Shown here: positions 19,647-29,482 of the stretch, piece after piece
How positions within the stretch are numbered: the first letter of the stretch is position 1
Layout: each line of letters opens with the position of its first letter
Source: an uncultured Flavobacterium sp.
GTDB taxonomy: Bacteria > Bacteroidota > Bacteroidia > Flavobacteriales > Flavobacteriaceae
DNA length: 64,000 nucleotides
Assembly (NCBI GenBank): GCA_963513565.1
Contig: CAUPRE010000017.1
Coordinates: forward strand, 7,445 to 71,444
Direction of reading: 5' to 3'
Notes under the pieces: generated by a model
The model's database searches: none
The model's input: the letters and a program-made list of their open reading frames with translations, nothing else
Told to the model about the DNA's origin: nothing
Made by a program: the position numbers and the translations under genes

Positions 19647-21659
19647 CTATACTTTCTTCAATACAATTTTCTCATTCATTTTTTCAATCATTTTTTGGTA
19701 ATACTCTTTCAGCATAGGATAATAATCTGCTCCAATGATAGATGCATTTACTTGATGCTGCGCTGAAATCTGAATAGTTTTACCAGAAACATTGGTCAAA
19801 AATTTAAATGTCCCCAACTCATCTAACATACTTAGGTTAATAGAAGCAGGAATAGTTTCTACAGTGTAGCCCTCAGGAATTTGAACATTAATAGTATACT
19901 TATCGATAAAAGGAAAACTGTAGTCTATCGGGTACTCCCTTGTTTCTTGCTTGAAAGGATTCTCCTTATAAGTGTAAAATAGCATTGGAGTAATGTACAT
20001 TTTGTCTTGAATCACTTCACATAAATTGGAACCTTTAAAAGAGAAAACTTCAGTAACAGGCAAATGTAATTCCTTTTCGTTAGTACGGCTGTACTCTTCG
20101 ATTTCAATTTTTGAATGTTCATTTTCAAACTTTTCTAAATAAGCATCTTGATTTTCACTACTTATTAGATTACGGAACAACATTGCATTATAATTAGTTT
20201 GCATTCTTCGCAATTTTCCTTCCACCTTTCCAGTAGGTTCAACACTATAATTCATCGTAATAGCGTTATTTGAATGCACTTTTGGCATTAAATCAACTTC
20301 AGAGGAGGTACCGTCTTTTCGAATTAATCGACCAAACCAGTTCAAATCACGAGTAGGTAATATATTGGGTAAGGAATGTACAGCAGTAGCATCCAAAAGT
20401 ATCAATCCTTTTGAATCTTCAATAGCAGCGATTACATAATCAAAAGCAGTACGACTTGGATATAATGCAATTCCATTTTCTCGGGTACTAACAAGCACAG
20501 GATTTGCTTCAAAACCTGCATATCGTAACATGGCCGTCAACATCAAATTAATCTCACCTACATTTCCGGTCTTATTTTTAAATGCTGTTCGAACCCCCTC
20601 TTCACAATAAAAGCCACGAGAACCATTCCACTTTACATTTTGCTTCACATAACTAAAAATAGCTGCAATTTTTTCTTCTGGAGAATTAGCCGCAGCTAAA
20701 ATAGGGGCAATTGTCTCCTCAAAATAACCTGTTTTATTAAGTTCAGGGCCAAAATCTTGATAGTCATAGATTGTTTTGGTTACTGCCTTCCAATCTGTCG
20801 AATATGACTTAAGGTTCCTGTTCGGAAACTTAACCATAGCTAATTCTTGCACCAAAGTAGAGGTGTAATTATCAATATTATTCACATAACTCTCATCTTT
20901 CAGCGCTGGCACATTTTCAATTTGATAGGTAGTGCTATTCTCGAGATAATTTAATCGCTCCGTCGTAAAAGTTGTTGATGGACTCAGACCTGAACTTCGT
21001 TCTTTAAAGGTGAAATTAATCCCTTTATTTTTGATGTCTTTAGCAACTTTTAAGGGGAGAAAGCCCTTGGTATAACTATTGTAAGTATAGTATTCTGGTA
21101 TTCCAACTTTATACTCACAATAATTGATTGGAATAGCGGTTTGAAAATCCCAATCTCTAGGATGTTCGTCATTTGGAGTCCTAATGGTATATTCATATTC
21201 TATTATCGAGCCCTCTTTAACATTAGGCATCGTAATCTTCTTTCTGTTCCTGTATTTATTTACTTTTTCTTCGAACTCCCCATCACTTTTTAGTTTTGTC
21301 TTTTCTATGGCGCCATTAACTAAATTATACGTGACCGCTTTTGAAAATGAAATATACTCTTTTGGGGAAGAAGCTACATAATACTGAATCGATTTATTGG
21401 CCCAATCATACCCCCCCTTTTTATAAATTTTAATTTTGGTCTTAACAATCGTTTGCAGCAAAAAACCATACTCATCTGAATATTCAAAAGTCGTTACGCC
21501 CTTTTTAAAAATAATCGCCGCTACCGCCGCTGTATCTTTAGGGTGGTGTTTTTCTTGCAACTCGGCTATAGTTACTTTTCCTAGTTCATGTTCTTGTGCA
21601 CTTACCAATAATGCAGATGCGAAAACAACAAGGATAGTGAATAACTGCTTAATTTTCAT
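19647..21659 (-). CDS. DUF3857/DUF3858-type exported protein (transglutaminase-like fold, catalytic Cys absent)
   Basis: Signal peptide MKIKQLFTILVVFASALLVSAQ. Collinear with the neighbouring paralog (GKVT..EL.E..HPKD.(S/T)AVAAI...). Contains TGNVGEIN instead of a Cys motif. Confidence 0.65.
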   Translation of the reverse strand: MKIKQLFTILVVFASALLVSAQEHELGKVTIAELQEKHHPKDTAAVAAIIFKKGVTTFEYSDEYGFLLQTIVKTKIKIYKKGGYDWANKSIQYYVASSPKEYISFSKAVTYNLVNGAIEKTKLKSDGEFEEKVNKYRNRKKITMPNVKEGSIIEYEYTIRTPNDEHPRDWDFQTAIPINYCEYKVGIPEYYTYNSYTKGFLPLKVAKDIKNKGINFTFKERSSGLSPSTTFTTERLNYLENSTTYQIENVPALKDESYVNNIDNYTSTLVQELAMVKFPNRNLKSYSTDWKAVTKTIYDYQDFGPELNKTGYFEETIAPILAAANSPEEKIAAIFSYVKQNVKWNGSRGFYCEEGVRTAFKNKTGNVGEINLMLTAMLRYAGFEANPVLVSTRENGIALYPSRTAFDYVIAAIEDSKGLILLDATAVHSLPNILPTRDLNWFGRLIRKDGTSSEVDLMPKVHSNNAITMNYSVEPTGKVEGKLRRMQTNYNAMLFRNLISSENQDAYLEKFENEHSKIEIEEYSRTNEKELHLPVTEVFSFKGSNLCEVIQDKMYITPMLFYTYKENPFKQETREYPIDYSFPFIDKYTINVQIPEGYTVETIPASINLSMLDELGTFKFLTNVSGKTIQISAQHQVNASIIGADYYPMLKEYYQKMIEKMNEKIVLKKV

Positions 21660-21662
21660 AAA

Positions 21663-23576
21663 TTAAATGGTTTTGGTTAAAATTATTTTGGCGTTGTCAT
21701 TTTGACTCACTTGATCCATAAATTGGCGATAGGCGTCATATTCTTTGTTGGTATAAGTCCCCGAGTTCAGCATAAAAATGCGTTTATAGACTAGGCGATT
21801 TGCTTCTTTTTTCTCAAAGGAAACGGTATAAGTGCCAAACTTTGTTTTGCTTTCAAAAGCTAGCGGTACAAAATCTAAAGTAAATCCCGAAGGCAATTCT
21901 AGTACTATTTCATCTTCATCGACAAATCCTCTTGTCACTTCAAAAGGAGTTTTTCGATTACGAATGCGCTTTACACTATTCGACAAACGATTGAAGGCAT
22001 TTACAGTTACCATCATTTTGTCTCCAACTAAAGTGCCGTACTTCTCCGCTGATAATTTGGCATTTTGCGTAAAACGAATGTCTTTTTTATTATTGTCGTG
22101 TGTTACTTTTTCGATCTTCAAATTATGGATACCATCCCAATAATTTTTATAATACTTTTCCTTTTCATCAGGTTGCATTCGTTCTACGTCTGCTTTGGCT
22201 CCGTATTGAGTTCCAGTAGATACGATTTGAATTTCGCCCGAAAAATCGCCATTAGATGCTATTTTATATGACCCTTTACTCAATTGTGAATTCTCATTGG
22301 CAGCATATATTTTAGTATGTACAATTTGTCCACCCTCAGGTTTTATAATCAAAACATCTCGATCGTCTGTAAAATTGGCTTGAAAACCAAAGGGATCGGT
22401 TTGACTAGTACACTCTAACCAAGTATATTTATCGCCAACTGGAATTGTCAAAATGATATGATTTCCTTGCATCGAAACAAAATCGGTCTCAATATTTCTT
22501 CGATAACGGTCTCCATACAAAATAGTATAGTAGGAAGGAATGTCAACTGCTTTGAGTAACGCATGCGTATAATTGGTAAGCGCCTTACAATCACCATATC
22601 CCAAACGATCTACATCCGATGCCAACATGGGTTTCCATCCTCCAATTCCTACTTGTATACTAATGTACCTCACTTTTTGTTGCACATAATCATAGATAAG
22701 CTTTGCTTTTTGTATTGGATCAGTTTCATTACTCACCAAAGTTTTAACTTTAGTAACCGTTTCTGATGGCAAATCTATAGTGTTGTACAAAATTTTACTA
22801 GAATACCATTTTCCAAAGTCTTCCCACGATGCAGCAGTTCCATCTACTCCCTCTAAATGAAAAGATTCCAATCCTAACATCACTTTTGGAAACGTATCCA
22901 TAAAAAAAGGACTATAACTTTCTTCTTTTACGGGCACCATATTCACCGCAGTGTAACTAAGTTGTGTGCTAGTATCGACCGTTTTAGTGATTTGGTTGCT
23001 AGACAAAAGGCATTCTTTTTTCTTAAACCCCAAGTTATCTGGAAAAGTAACATTAAGCACGTTTTTTTCAACTCCTAATAAATAATCAGGCATAGGCAAC
23101 CATTGTGGTAAAAAAGCTGTTGCAGAAGTTTCGGTTTCGCAGTCAAAGATCATCGTAAATGGATAACTCACAGGCGTATAATCAAGATAAAGCACGCGAC
23201 TATCCGAATATAAAGTTCCTCCATCAACTGCACTATGGTCTTTAAAATCTTTCCTCTTTATTTTTTTAATTTCATTACCCACCACATCGATAACTGTGGC
23301 TTGGATATTTGAAATGCTTGTTGATTTATCATAATGAGCATAAGCATCAATGGCCGTTAAGCCCGCTTCATTAAAAACGGTGATAACACGTTTGGTCTTA
23401 ATAGACATTTTTCTTTGGGAAGCAATGACAATATCCAATTGATTCAGACGTATCACAGCATTGGCATTTGTCTTTAAACTATCTGGAATAGAAGTAACAG
23501 GATATTTTACTTCTTGCGCTGAAAGAACATTTAGCGAAAAGCAAATCAAAAACAATACAATAAACTTAAATTTCAT
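21663..23576 (-). CDS. DUF3857 + transglutaminase-like cysteine peptidase domain protein
   Basis: Retains the putative catalytic YGDCKALTNY and QGNHIIL motifs. The signal peptide MKFKFIVLFLICFSLNVLSAQ follows the ATG at 23576; the track start at 23624 adds an unlikely extension. Confidence 0.65.
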   Translation of the reverse strand: MKFKFIVLFLICFSLNVLSAQEVKYPVTSIPDSLKTNANAVIRLNQLDIVIASQRKMSIKTKRVITVFNEAGLTAIDAYAHYDKSTSISNIQATVIDVVGNEIKKIKRKDFKDHSAVDGGTLYSDSRVLYLDYTPVSYPFTMIFDCETETSATAFLPQWLPMPDYLLGVEKNVLNVTFPDNLGFKKKECLLSSNQITKTVDTSTQLSYTAVNMVPVKEESYSPFFMDTFPKVMLGLESFHLEGVDGTAASWEDFGKWYSSKILYNTIDLPSETVTKVKTLVSNETDPIQKAKLIYDYVQQKVRYISIQVGIGGWKPMLASDVDRLGYGDCKALTNYTHALLKAVDIPSYYTILYGDRYRRNIETDFVSMQGNHIILTIPVGDKYTWLECTSQTDPFGFQANFTDDRDVLIIKPEGGQIVHTKIYAANENSQLSKGSYKIASNGDFSGEIQIVSTGTQYGAKADVERMQPDEKEKYYKNYWDGIHNLKIEKVTHDNNKKDIRFTQNAKLSAEKYGTLVGDKMMVTVNAFNRLSNSVKRIRNRKTPFEVTRGFVDEDEIVLELPSGFTLDFVPLAFESKTKFGTYTVSFEKKEANRLVYKRIFMLNSGTYTNKEYDAYRQFMDQVSQNDNAKIILTKTI

Positions 23577-23610
23577 AAAATATATAGGGTTAAATAAAAC
23601 CAAAAAGCAC

Positions 23611-23640
23611 AAAAAAAACCTCAACAGCTTACCGTTGAAG
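23611..23640 (-). terminator. intrinsic terminator downstream of dtd
   Basis: On the minus strand: cttcaacggtaagctgttgagg followed by T8. Lies between dtd and the DUF3857 gene cluster. Confidence 0.55.
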
Positions 23641-23713
23641 TATTTATAATAGATTTGTTTTCTTTAATTTGTGGTAACCAAATATATCGTAATTCTTCTA
23701 ATAAAAAAATAAA

Positions 23714-24166
23714 TTATTCTTTATTTTTTGAGTCTATTTGTATCGTAACTGGGCCATCATTTAACAATAACACTTTCATATCCGCACCAAAAATACCAGT
23801 AGATACTTTTTTTCCTAATTTCGATTCTAGGGCTTTTACAAAACGTTCATACATAGGAATAGCGAAATCTGGTTTTGCAGCTTTGATATATGAAGGGCGA
23901 TTCCCTTTTTTAGTCGCTGCATGAAGTGTAAACTGACTGACCACAAGCACATCTCCTCCAACATCTTGAATAGAAAGATTCATCACCTCATTTTCATCAC
24001 CAAAAATACGAAGCTGGGTAATTTTGGTCACTAACCAATCCATATCTTCTTGAGTATCGGCATCTTCGATTCCCACTAAAACTAATAGCCCTTTTTGGAT
24101 TTCGGCTACTACTTTACCCTCAACAGTTACTGAGGCATGTGCTACTCTTTGGATAATAGTTCTCAA
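23714..24166 (-). CDS. dtd: D-aminoacyl-tRNA deacylase
   Basis: IIQRV..ASV N-terminus plus SQFTLHA and NDGPVTI motifs. 150 aa. Apparent TTG start 2 nt after the stop of the upstream ORF. Confidence 0.9.
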   Translation of the reverse strand: MRTIIQRVAHASVTVEGKVVAEIQKGLLVLVGIEDADTQEDMDWLVTKITQLRIFGDENEVMNLSIQDVGGDVLVVSQFTLHAATKKGNRPSYIKAAKPDFAIPMYERFVKALESKLGKKVSTGIFGADMKVLLLNDGPVTIQIDSKNKE

Positions 24167-24168
24167 AT

Positions 24169-24843
24169 TTATTTATAGTAGTAATTTAACTCTCTCAACT
24201 TATCAATAAGAGAGTTTTTAAATTTGACATAAGAAGGTAATTTTTCTAATTCGGAAATTTCAATTTTTTGACCAATAATTTGATACAAATCAGAAATATT
24301 TAACACTCTATTTCTTCTTCTTTTTGGCAGATCTTCTTTAGACAATCTAATTATATTCTCAATTAGACTTTTGGGATTCGTTATCGCTTCTGGGTTAAGA
24401 TGAATACCTAATTCCGCATCGGTTTTTTCTATTCCAATTTCTTCTTTCAATAGATTTTTATCTGCTAACATCCAAGATTCGGTCATTTGAATTGGAACAA
24501 TTGCTACAATGTGTTTACAATGCATATCATCTTGTAACAAAAGATTTTCTTTAGCAGGAACTATTTTTGATTTAAAAATTAAATCATCAGTTGTAGCATC
24601 AGAATCAGTATGAACGAATAGAAACAAAACACCAAACTTATCAAAAGCAAATCTTGAAGCTTCAATAATCTGTTGATTAAAATTCAATCCAGATTTATTG
24701 ATCGTAATAACCTCTACTTTTGTTTCAAATTCTCCTGCACAATCAAACACAACATCTATTAAAGTCCTTTCGACAACGCTAGATAAAAACCTGACATCAG
24801 TTGTTCCTTCTGTAAAAAGACCCGCAAGAATAAAATTACTCAT
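24169..24843 (-). CDS. Toprim-like (DUF4276-like) putative nuclease, partner of the upstream ATPase
   Basis: 224 aa. The N-terminal LFTEGTTD (Glu12) and FVHTDSD (Asp80-x-Asp82) form a Toprim-type Glu + DxD signature. There is a 3-nt gap to the ATPase ORF. Confidence 0.6.
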   Translation of the reverse strand: MSNFILAGLFTEGTTDVRFLSSVVERTLIDVVFDCAGEFETKVEVITINKSGLNFNQQIIEASRFAFDKFGVLFLFVHTDSDATTDDLIFKSKIVPAKENLLLQDDMHCKHIVAIVPIQMTESWMLADKNLLKEEIGIEKTDAELGIHLNPEAITNPKSLIENIIRLSKEDLPKRRRNRVLNISDLYQIIGQKIEISELEKLPSYVKFKNSLIDKLRELNYYYK

Positions 24844-24846
24844 ATA

Positions 24847-26247
24847 CTAAAAATTTGTCTCTTCAAATTGAGCAGTTTGCAAATAATCATTAACTATTGC
24901 CAAGGTTAACTTCCTGTCTTGTTCAGAAAAAATTAAGCGTAATTGTAAAAGTGAATTATCTTTTATTACCGGACTTATTTTTGTAGAATTTATTTTCAAT
25001 CTATCACCATTAATATCTGAAATTGACGTTCTCATCTGTGCGTACCAAATACTAACGTTTTTATCATTTTTCCAAGTATCCATATTACCAACTAGAACCG
25101 GAGAGTGAGTATTTACTATTACCTGTCTTAAAGGAATTTCTACTTCATTAAAATCAACACTAAGATCTTTTAATAATTCAGTCATTGCTCTAATTCTAAA
25201 AGGATGTATACCATTTTCTGGCTCTTCAAAACATAATAAACCAGTATGCTTTTCATCAAACTCTAAAATACACAAAGCTAAAATTCTTAAAGTCCCTTCT
25301 GACAAAACTCTGGAAGAAAACTCTTTTTTATCAACATCTTTAAGTTTAATTAAATACTGTTTGTTCTCATTGTCATCAACTACATCAACTTCTGTAAAGT
25401 TTGGCAAAAAACTATTAAGCTTTCTCGATATTTCTTTCAATGAATACTTATCATTTTGTTTAATTCTAAACAATGCAGCTGCTAAGTTTTTTCCACTAAC
25501 AGAAATTGTATCTTCTCCGTTGTTTTTACTTGTTGCCTGACGCAAATCTTCAGGGTTTAATTGCAAAAACTTCCAGCTCTTCATTTCTTCTTTAGCAGCC
25601 AAAACGTGTGGAAAATCGATTGTGTCAAAACTGCTCAAAACAGTTCTCGTTGCATTACTTAGAGGAAATCTTCTTTTATTACCTGTTGTACCATCTTGAG
25701 GAACTTGAATAATATCTAAATTATTTTCATTAACAGTTTCAATATATGGTATTCCTCTTTTACCTGTTCCAACTTTTGGCCTCCAATACTCTAAAGATTT
25801 CTTAGGTATGCTAATACTTACCCATATGTCATCTTGATGATTTAATTTTAATAGATTCTCTTTTGAAACGACTAAATCTTGAATCCCTGATACGTTTGTA
25901 ATTCTTTTAATTGACAACTCATATCTCAATCTTGTATATTTTAATTTAGCCTCATTACCCCAAGCATCTTTTATGTTTTTATTAACCAACATTTCTACAA
26001 CAAATTCCATTTCTGTTGCGTAGTTGTCATCACCATATTGCGTAAATAATTCGATAAACTCACCTCTTTGTTCACCAAAAGCCCTTTTTAAATTATCGGT
26101 TTCTGCTAATCTTGATAATAATGTTAATGCGTCAAATAAATTACTTTTACCAGAAGCATTAGCACCAGCAATCACAGTAAAAGGAGCAAATTCCATTTCA
26201 AAATTATGAAAGGACTTAAAGCCATTTATTTTTATATATGTTATCAT
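24847..26247 (-). CDS. AAA_15/AAA_21 (ABC/SMC-like) family ATPase, putative defence-system component
   Basis: Walker A GANASGKS (aa 28-35), signature-like LSEGT, Walker B LLCFEEPENGIHP and H-loop NTHSP. The N-terminus I.I.NFKSF is typical of OLD/AriA/GajA-type ATPases. Confidence 0.75.
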   Translation of the reverse strand: MITYIKINGFKSFHNFEMEFAPFTVIAGANASGKSNLFDALTLLSRLAETDNLKRAFGEQRGEFIELFTQYGDDNYATEMEFVVEMLVNKNIKDAWGNEAKLKYTRLRYELSIKRITNVSGIQDLVVSKENLLKLNHQDDIWVSISIPKKSLEYWRPKVGTGKRGIPYIETVNENNLDIIQVPQDGTTGNKRRFPLSNATRTVLSSFDTIDFPHVLAAKEEMKSWKFLQLNPEDLRQATSKNNGEDTISVSGKNLAAALFRIKQNDKYSLKEISRKLNSFLPNFTEVDVVDDNENKQYLIKLKDVDKKEFSSRVLSEGTLRILALCILEFDEKHTGLLCFEEPENGIHPFRIRAMTELLKDLSVDFNEVEIPLRQVIVNTHSPVLVGNMDTWKNDKNVSIWYAQMRTSISDINGDRLKINSTKISPVIKDNSLLQLRLIFSEQDRKLTLAIVNDYLQTAQFEETNF

Positions 26248-26313
26248 TTTATGTGCATTAATTAATTTTAAATTAAAATCTTATGCAATATAATAAAATT
26301 AAAAGTATCCGAT

Positions 26314-27291
26314 TTACTCCCTCGTTTTATCACTAGCTTTTCTGTCTTCATCATAGGAATCAACACGGTAATGTTCGTCGTCGCCTTCTAATATTTTCAG
26401 GTAACTGTTATAACGCGACCAAGCAATTTCATCTTTTTCTAAGGCGGCCTTTATAGCACAATGTGGCTCTTCTTTATGCAAACAATTGTTGAACTTACAC
26501 TGTTCTTTCAATCTAAAAAATTCAGGAAAATAATCGCTAATTTCTTGAGGCTCCATATCGACAATTCCAAAACCTTTGATCCCTGGTGTATCAATAATAC
26601 TAGCATTAAAAGACAAATCGTACATCTCTGCAAAAGTGGTGGTATGCTGTCCTTGCTTGCTTGCTACCGAAATAGTTTTCGTTTTCAAATCTAAGCTCGG
26701 CTCCAAAGCATTAACCAAAGTCGATTTACCTACACCTGAATGCCCCGAGAACATACTTGTGTTGCCTAACATTAATGCTTTCAAAGCGTCAACTCCTTTA
26801 CCTTCAGCAGCCGAAACGCGCAAACATTGATACCCAATTTCTTGATACACATGTTGCATGTACAACTGTTCGTCTAAAGTGACTTCATCTAAAGTATCAA
26901 TTTTGTTAAAAACTAAAATAGTCTCAATGCCATACGCCTCTGCAGTCACCAAAAAACGATCAATAAAATTAAAAGTCGTAGGAGGATTATTGACAGTAAT
27001 TAAAAGAAAAACACGATCAATATTGGCTGCAATAATGTGCATTTGATGCGACAAATTCACCGATTTTCGAACGATATAATTTTTTCGATCATGGATATGA
27101 TGAATCGTCCCAGTAATGGTATCCGAAGTTTCATCTTGTTCATAATCCACCATATCGCCAACTGCAATAGGATTGGTACTTTTAATGCCTTTCATTCGGA
27201 ACTTCCCTTTCATTCTGCACTCTATAAAATCACCTTGTTCGGATTTTACAGTATACCAACTTCCTGTAGATTTATATACGGTTCCTGTCAT
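26314..27291 (-). CDS. rsgA: ribosome small subunit-dependent GTPase A
   Basis: Circularly permuted GTPase motifs (NKIDT, then GHSGVGKSTLVNAL, then DTPG) and a C-terminal zinc knuckle CKFNNCLHKEEPHC. Confidence 0.9.
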   Translation of the reverse strand: MTGTVYKSTGSWYTVKSEQGDFIECRMKGKFRMKGIKSTNPIAVGDMVDYEQDETSDTITGTIHHIHDRKNYIVRKSVNLSHQMHIIAANIDRVFLLITVNNPPTTFNFIDRFLVTAEAYGIETILVFNKIDTLDEVTLDEQLYMQHVYQEIGYQCLRVSAAEGKGVDALKALMLGNTSMFSGHSGVGKSTLVNALEPSLDLKTKTISVASKQGQHTTTFAEMYDLSFNASIIDTPGIKGFGIVDMEPQEISDYFPEFFRLKEQCKFNNCLHKEEPHCAIKAALEKDEIAWSRYNSYLKILEGDDEHYRVDSYDEDRKASDKTRE

Positions 27292-27390
27292 ATAGGATTC
27301 TTGAGTTTTAATTAACGCTTTTAGATTTATGATTTATAACCTAAAAGTTTTGCAAAGATAAATGATTTTAAACGACTTCAAGACAAACAA

Positions 27391-27420
27391 AAAATCCCAA
27401 AACAAAGGTCTTGGGATTTT
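27391..27420 (-). terminator. intrinsic terminator at the end of the aromatic amino acid operon
   Basis: aaaatcccaaaac / gtcttgggatttt hairpin with flanking A/T runs, just downstream of the DAHP synthase stop (27458). Confidence 0.6.
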
Positions 27421-27457
27421 AATCAGAAATTAAAAAAATAAGCGTAATGAAATCCTT

Positions 27458-28540
27458 TTACGAATTCAATACTTTATCTTGTTTGTTGATACTTTCTTGG
27501 TGAATTGCTTTGAACATTTTTAAAACAAACTCTTCCGAAAGTCCTTTCTTTTCTCCTTCCAAAATCATTTTGCCTAAAATTTCATTCCAACGATTGTTTT
27601 GCAAAACCGCCACGTTTGCTTCTTTTTTCACCTGTCCAATTTCTACAGCCACTTTCATTCTTTTGCTCAAAAGCTCCAATAAATTAGCATCTAATACATC
27701 GATATTCGCTCTTAATTTACTCATTTTAGTCATAAACTCATCCGAAACATCGATTTGTTTTCTAACTCTCAAATCTTTGAAAATTTGTTTCAAAGCATCT
27801 GGCGTTACTTGTTGCGCAGCATCACTCCAAGCATTATCAGGGTCTGTGTGAGTTTCAATAATCATTCCGTCATAATTCAAATCCAAAGCTTCTTGCGTCA
27901 CTTCAAGAATCATATCACGATTTCCAGTAATGTGAGAAGGATCAATAATCAAAGGCAAATCTGGGAATTTGTTTTGCAATTCAATCGCAATTTGCCATTC
28001 TGGGATGTTTCTGTATTTTGTTTTTTCGTAAGTAGAAAAACCACGGTGAATCACCCCTAATTTTTCAATTCCGGCCATATGCAAACGCTCTACACCACCT
28101 AACCACAAAGCTAAATCTGGGTTCACTGGATTTTTAATCAAAACAATTTTGTCTGTCCCTTTCAAGGTATCTGCAATTTCTTGAACCGCAAACGGATTGG
28201 CCGTAGTACGTGCCCCAACCCATAATACATCAATATCATTTTCTAAAGCCAATTTACAGTGAGCAGCAGTAGCTACCTCGGTTCCCATTAACAAACCTGT
28301 TTCTGCTTTGGCTTTTTTCAACCATTTCAATCCTATTTCTCCAACGCCTTCAAATCCACCTGGACGCGTTCTTGGTTTCCAAATTCCAGCTCTAAACACA
28401 CTTACATCAGAATCTTTCAATTCGTGTGCAATTTTCAATACTTGCTCTTCTGTTTCGGCGCTACAAGGTCCTGCTATCACCAATGGATGCGTCAAATTGA
28501 ACGCTTCCAACCAATTTCTCATTTCTTTCTTGTTTTCCAT
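27458..28540 (-). CDS. bifunctional 3-deoxy-7-phosphoheptulonate synthase / chorismate mutase
   Basis: KDO8P/DAHP synthase type I-beta core (AGPCS.E, FRAG.WKPRT, DPSH) with a C-terminal chorismate mutase type II helix bundle (RANIDVLDANLLELLSKRMKVAVEIG). Confidence 0.88.
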   Translation of the reverse strand: MENKKEMRNWLEAFNLTHPLVIAGPCSAETEEQVLKIAHELKDSDVSVFRAGIWKPRTRPGGFEGVGEIGLKWLKKAKAETGLLMGTEVATAAHCKLALENDIDVLWVGARTTANPFAVQEIADTLKGTDKIVLIKNPVNPDLALWLGGVERLHMAGIEKLGVIHRGFSTYEKTKYRNIPEWQIAIELQNKFPDLPLIIDPSHITGNRDMILEVTQEALDLNYDGMIIETHTDPDNAWSDAAQQVTPDALKQIFKDLRVRKQIDVSDEFMTKMSKLRANIDVLDANLLELLSKRMKVAVEIGQVKKEANVAVLQNNRWNEILGKMILEGEKKGLSEEFVLKMFKAIHQESINKQDKVLNS

Positions 28541-28604
28541 TTTTTTAGTTTTTAATCTTTAAAATTATTCTATAGTTTCTTGTGTTAATTCTGTTCTTCT
28601 CTAC

Positions 28605-29462
28605 CTATTTTTTGGTATTCATCCCATTCAAAATGGCTTTAATTTTATTCACACTCTGCATTTCATCATAAATAGCATCATATTCTTCACTTTTCAACAA
28701 GTCTTTAAACTGCGTCAAATTGGCAATGTATTCCTCCAAACTTTTCACTACGTGCTTTTTGTTTTGCTTAAAAATAGGCGTCCACATAGCAGGCGAACTT
28801 TTGGCTAAACGCACGGTGCTCTCAAAACCTGAGCCTGCCATATCAAAAATATCCTGTTCGTCTTTCTCTTTATTAATGACCGTTTTTCCTAACATAAACG
28901 AACTAATGTGCGACAAATGCGATACGTAAGCAATGTGTTTATCGTGCGACTTCGGGTCCATATAGCGAATGCGCATTCCTAACTCTTTGAACAATTCGAT
29001 GGCTTTTTCTTGCAACTTAAAAGTCGTTTTCTCCACCTCACAAATAATATTCGTTTTCCCTTGAAACAATCCTTTTATAGCCGCTGATGGTCCCGAAAAT
29101 TCCGTTCCAGCAATAGGATGCGTGGCAATATAATTTCTTCTTCTTGGATGATTAGCCACCGCTTCACAAATAGGCATTTTCGTAGAACCCACTTCAAAAA
29201 CAATAGTGTTTTCGCCAATATGGTCCAAAACTTCGGGCAACACTTGCAACGCCACATCCACAGGAACCGAAACAATAACATAATCCGCATTGGCCAAATC
29301 CTGCATCGTAGCGGCTTTCTCCACAACCCCAAGCGCCATCGCTTCTTGCAAATGGGCTTCATTTTTGTCCATTCCGTAAATAGTCGCTTCTGGGTGTAAA
29401 GTCTTTATATCCAACACCATCGAACCTCCAATCAAACCTATTCCTATTACGTGTATATTCAT
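28605..29462 (-). CDS. tyrA: prephenate dehydrogenase
   Basis: N-terminal GIGLIGGS Rossmann motif and HPIAGTE catalytic His motif. Operon context. Confidence 0.85.
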   Translation of the reverse strand: MNIHVIGIGLIGGSMVLDIKTLHPEATIYGMDKNEAHLQEAMALGVVEKAATMQDLANADYVIVSVPVDVALQVLPEVLDHIGENTIVFEVGSTKMPICEAVANHPRRRNYIATHPIAGTEFSGPSAAIKGLFQGKTNIICEVEKTTFKLQEKAIELFKELGMRIRYMDPKSHDKHIAYVSHLSHISSFMLGKTVINKEKDEQDIFDMAGSGFESTVRLAKSSPAMWTPIFKQNKKHVVKSLEEYIANLTQFKDLLKSEEYDAIYDEMQSVNKIKAILNGMNTKK

Positions 29463-29482
29463 TATTATTTTTATTATTAGCT

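Noticed and set aside
29075-29362. 95-aa same-strand alternative-frame ORF inside tyrA, and a 72-aa one inside cysN (47950..48168)
   Set aside because: They are embedded in strongly supported CDS in another frame. The Trp/Arg/Leu-rich composition is typical of off-frame translation.
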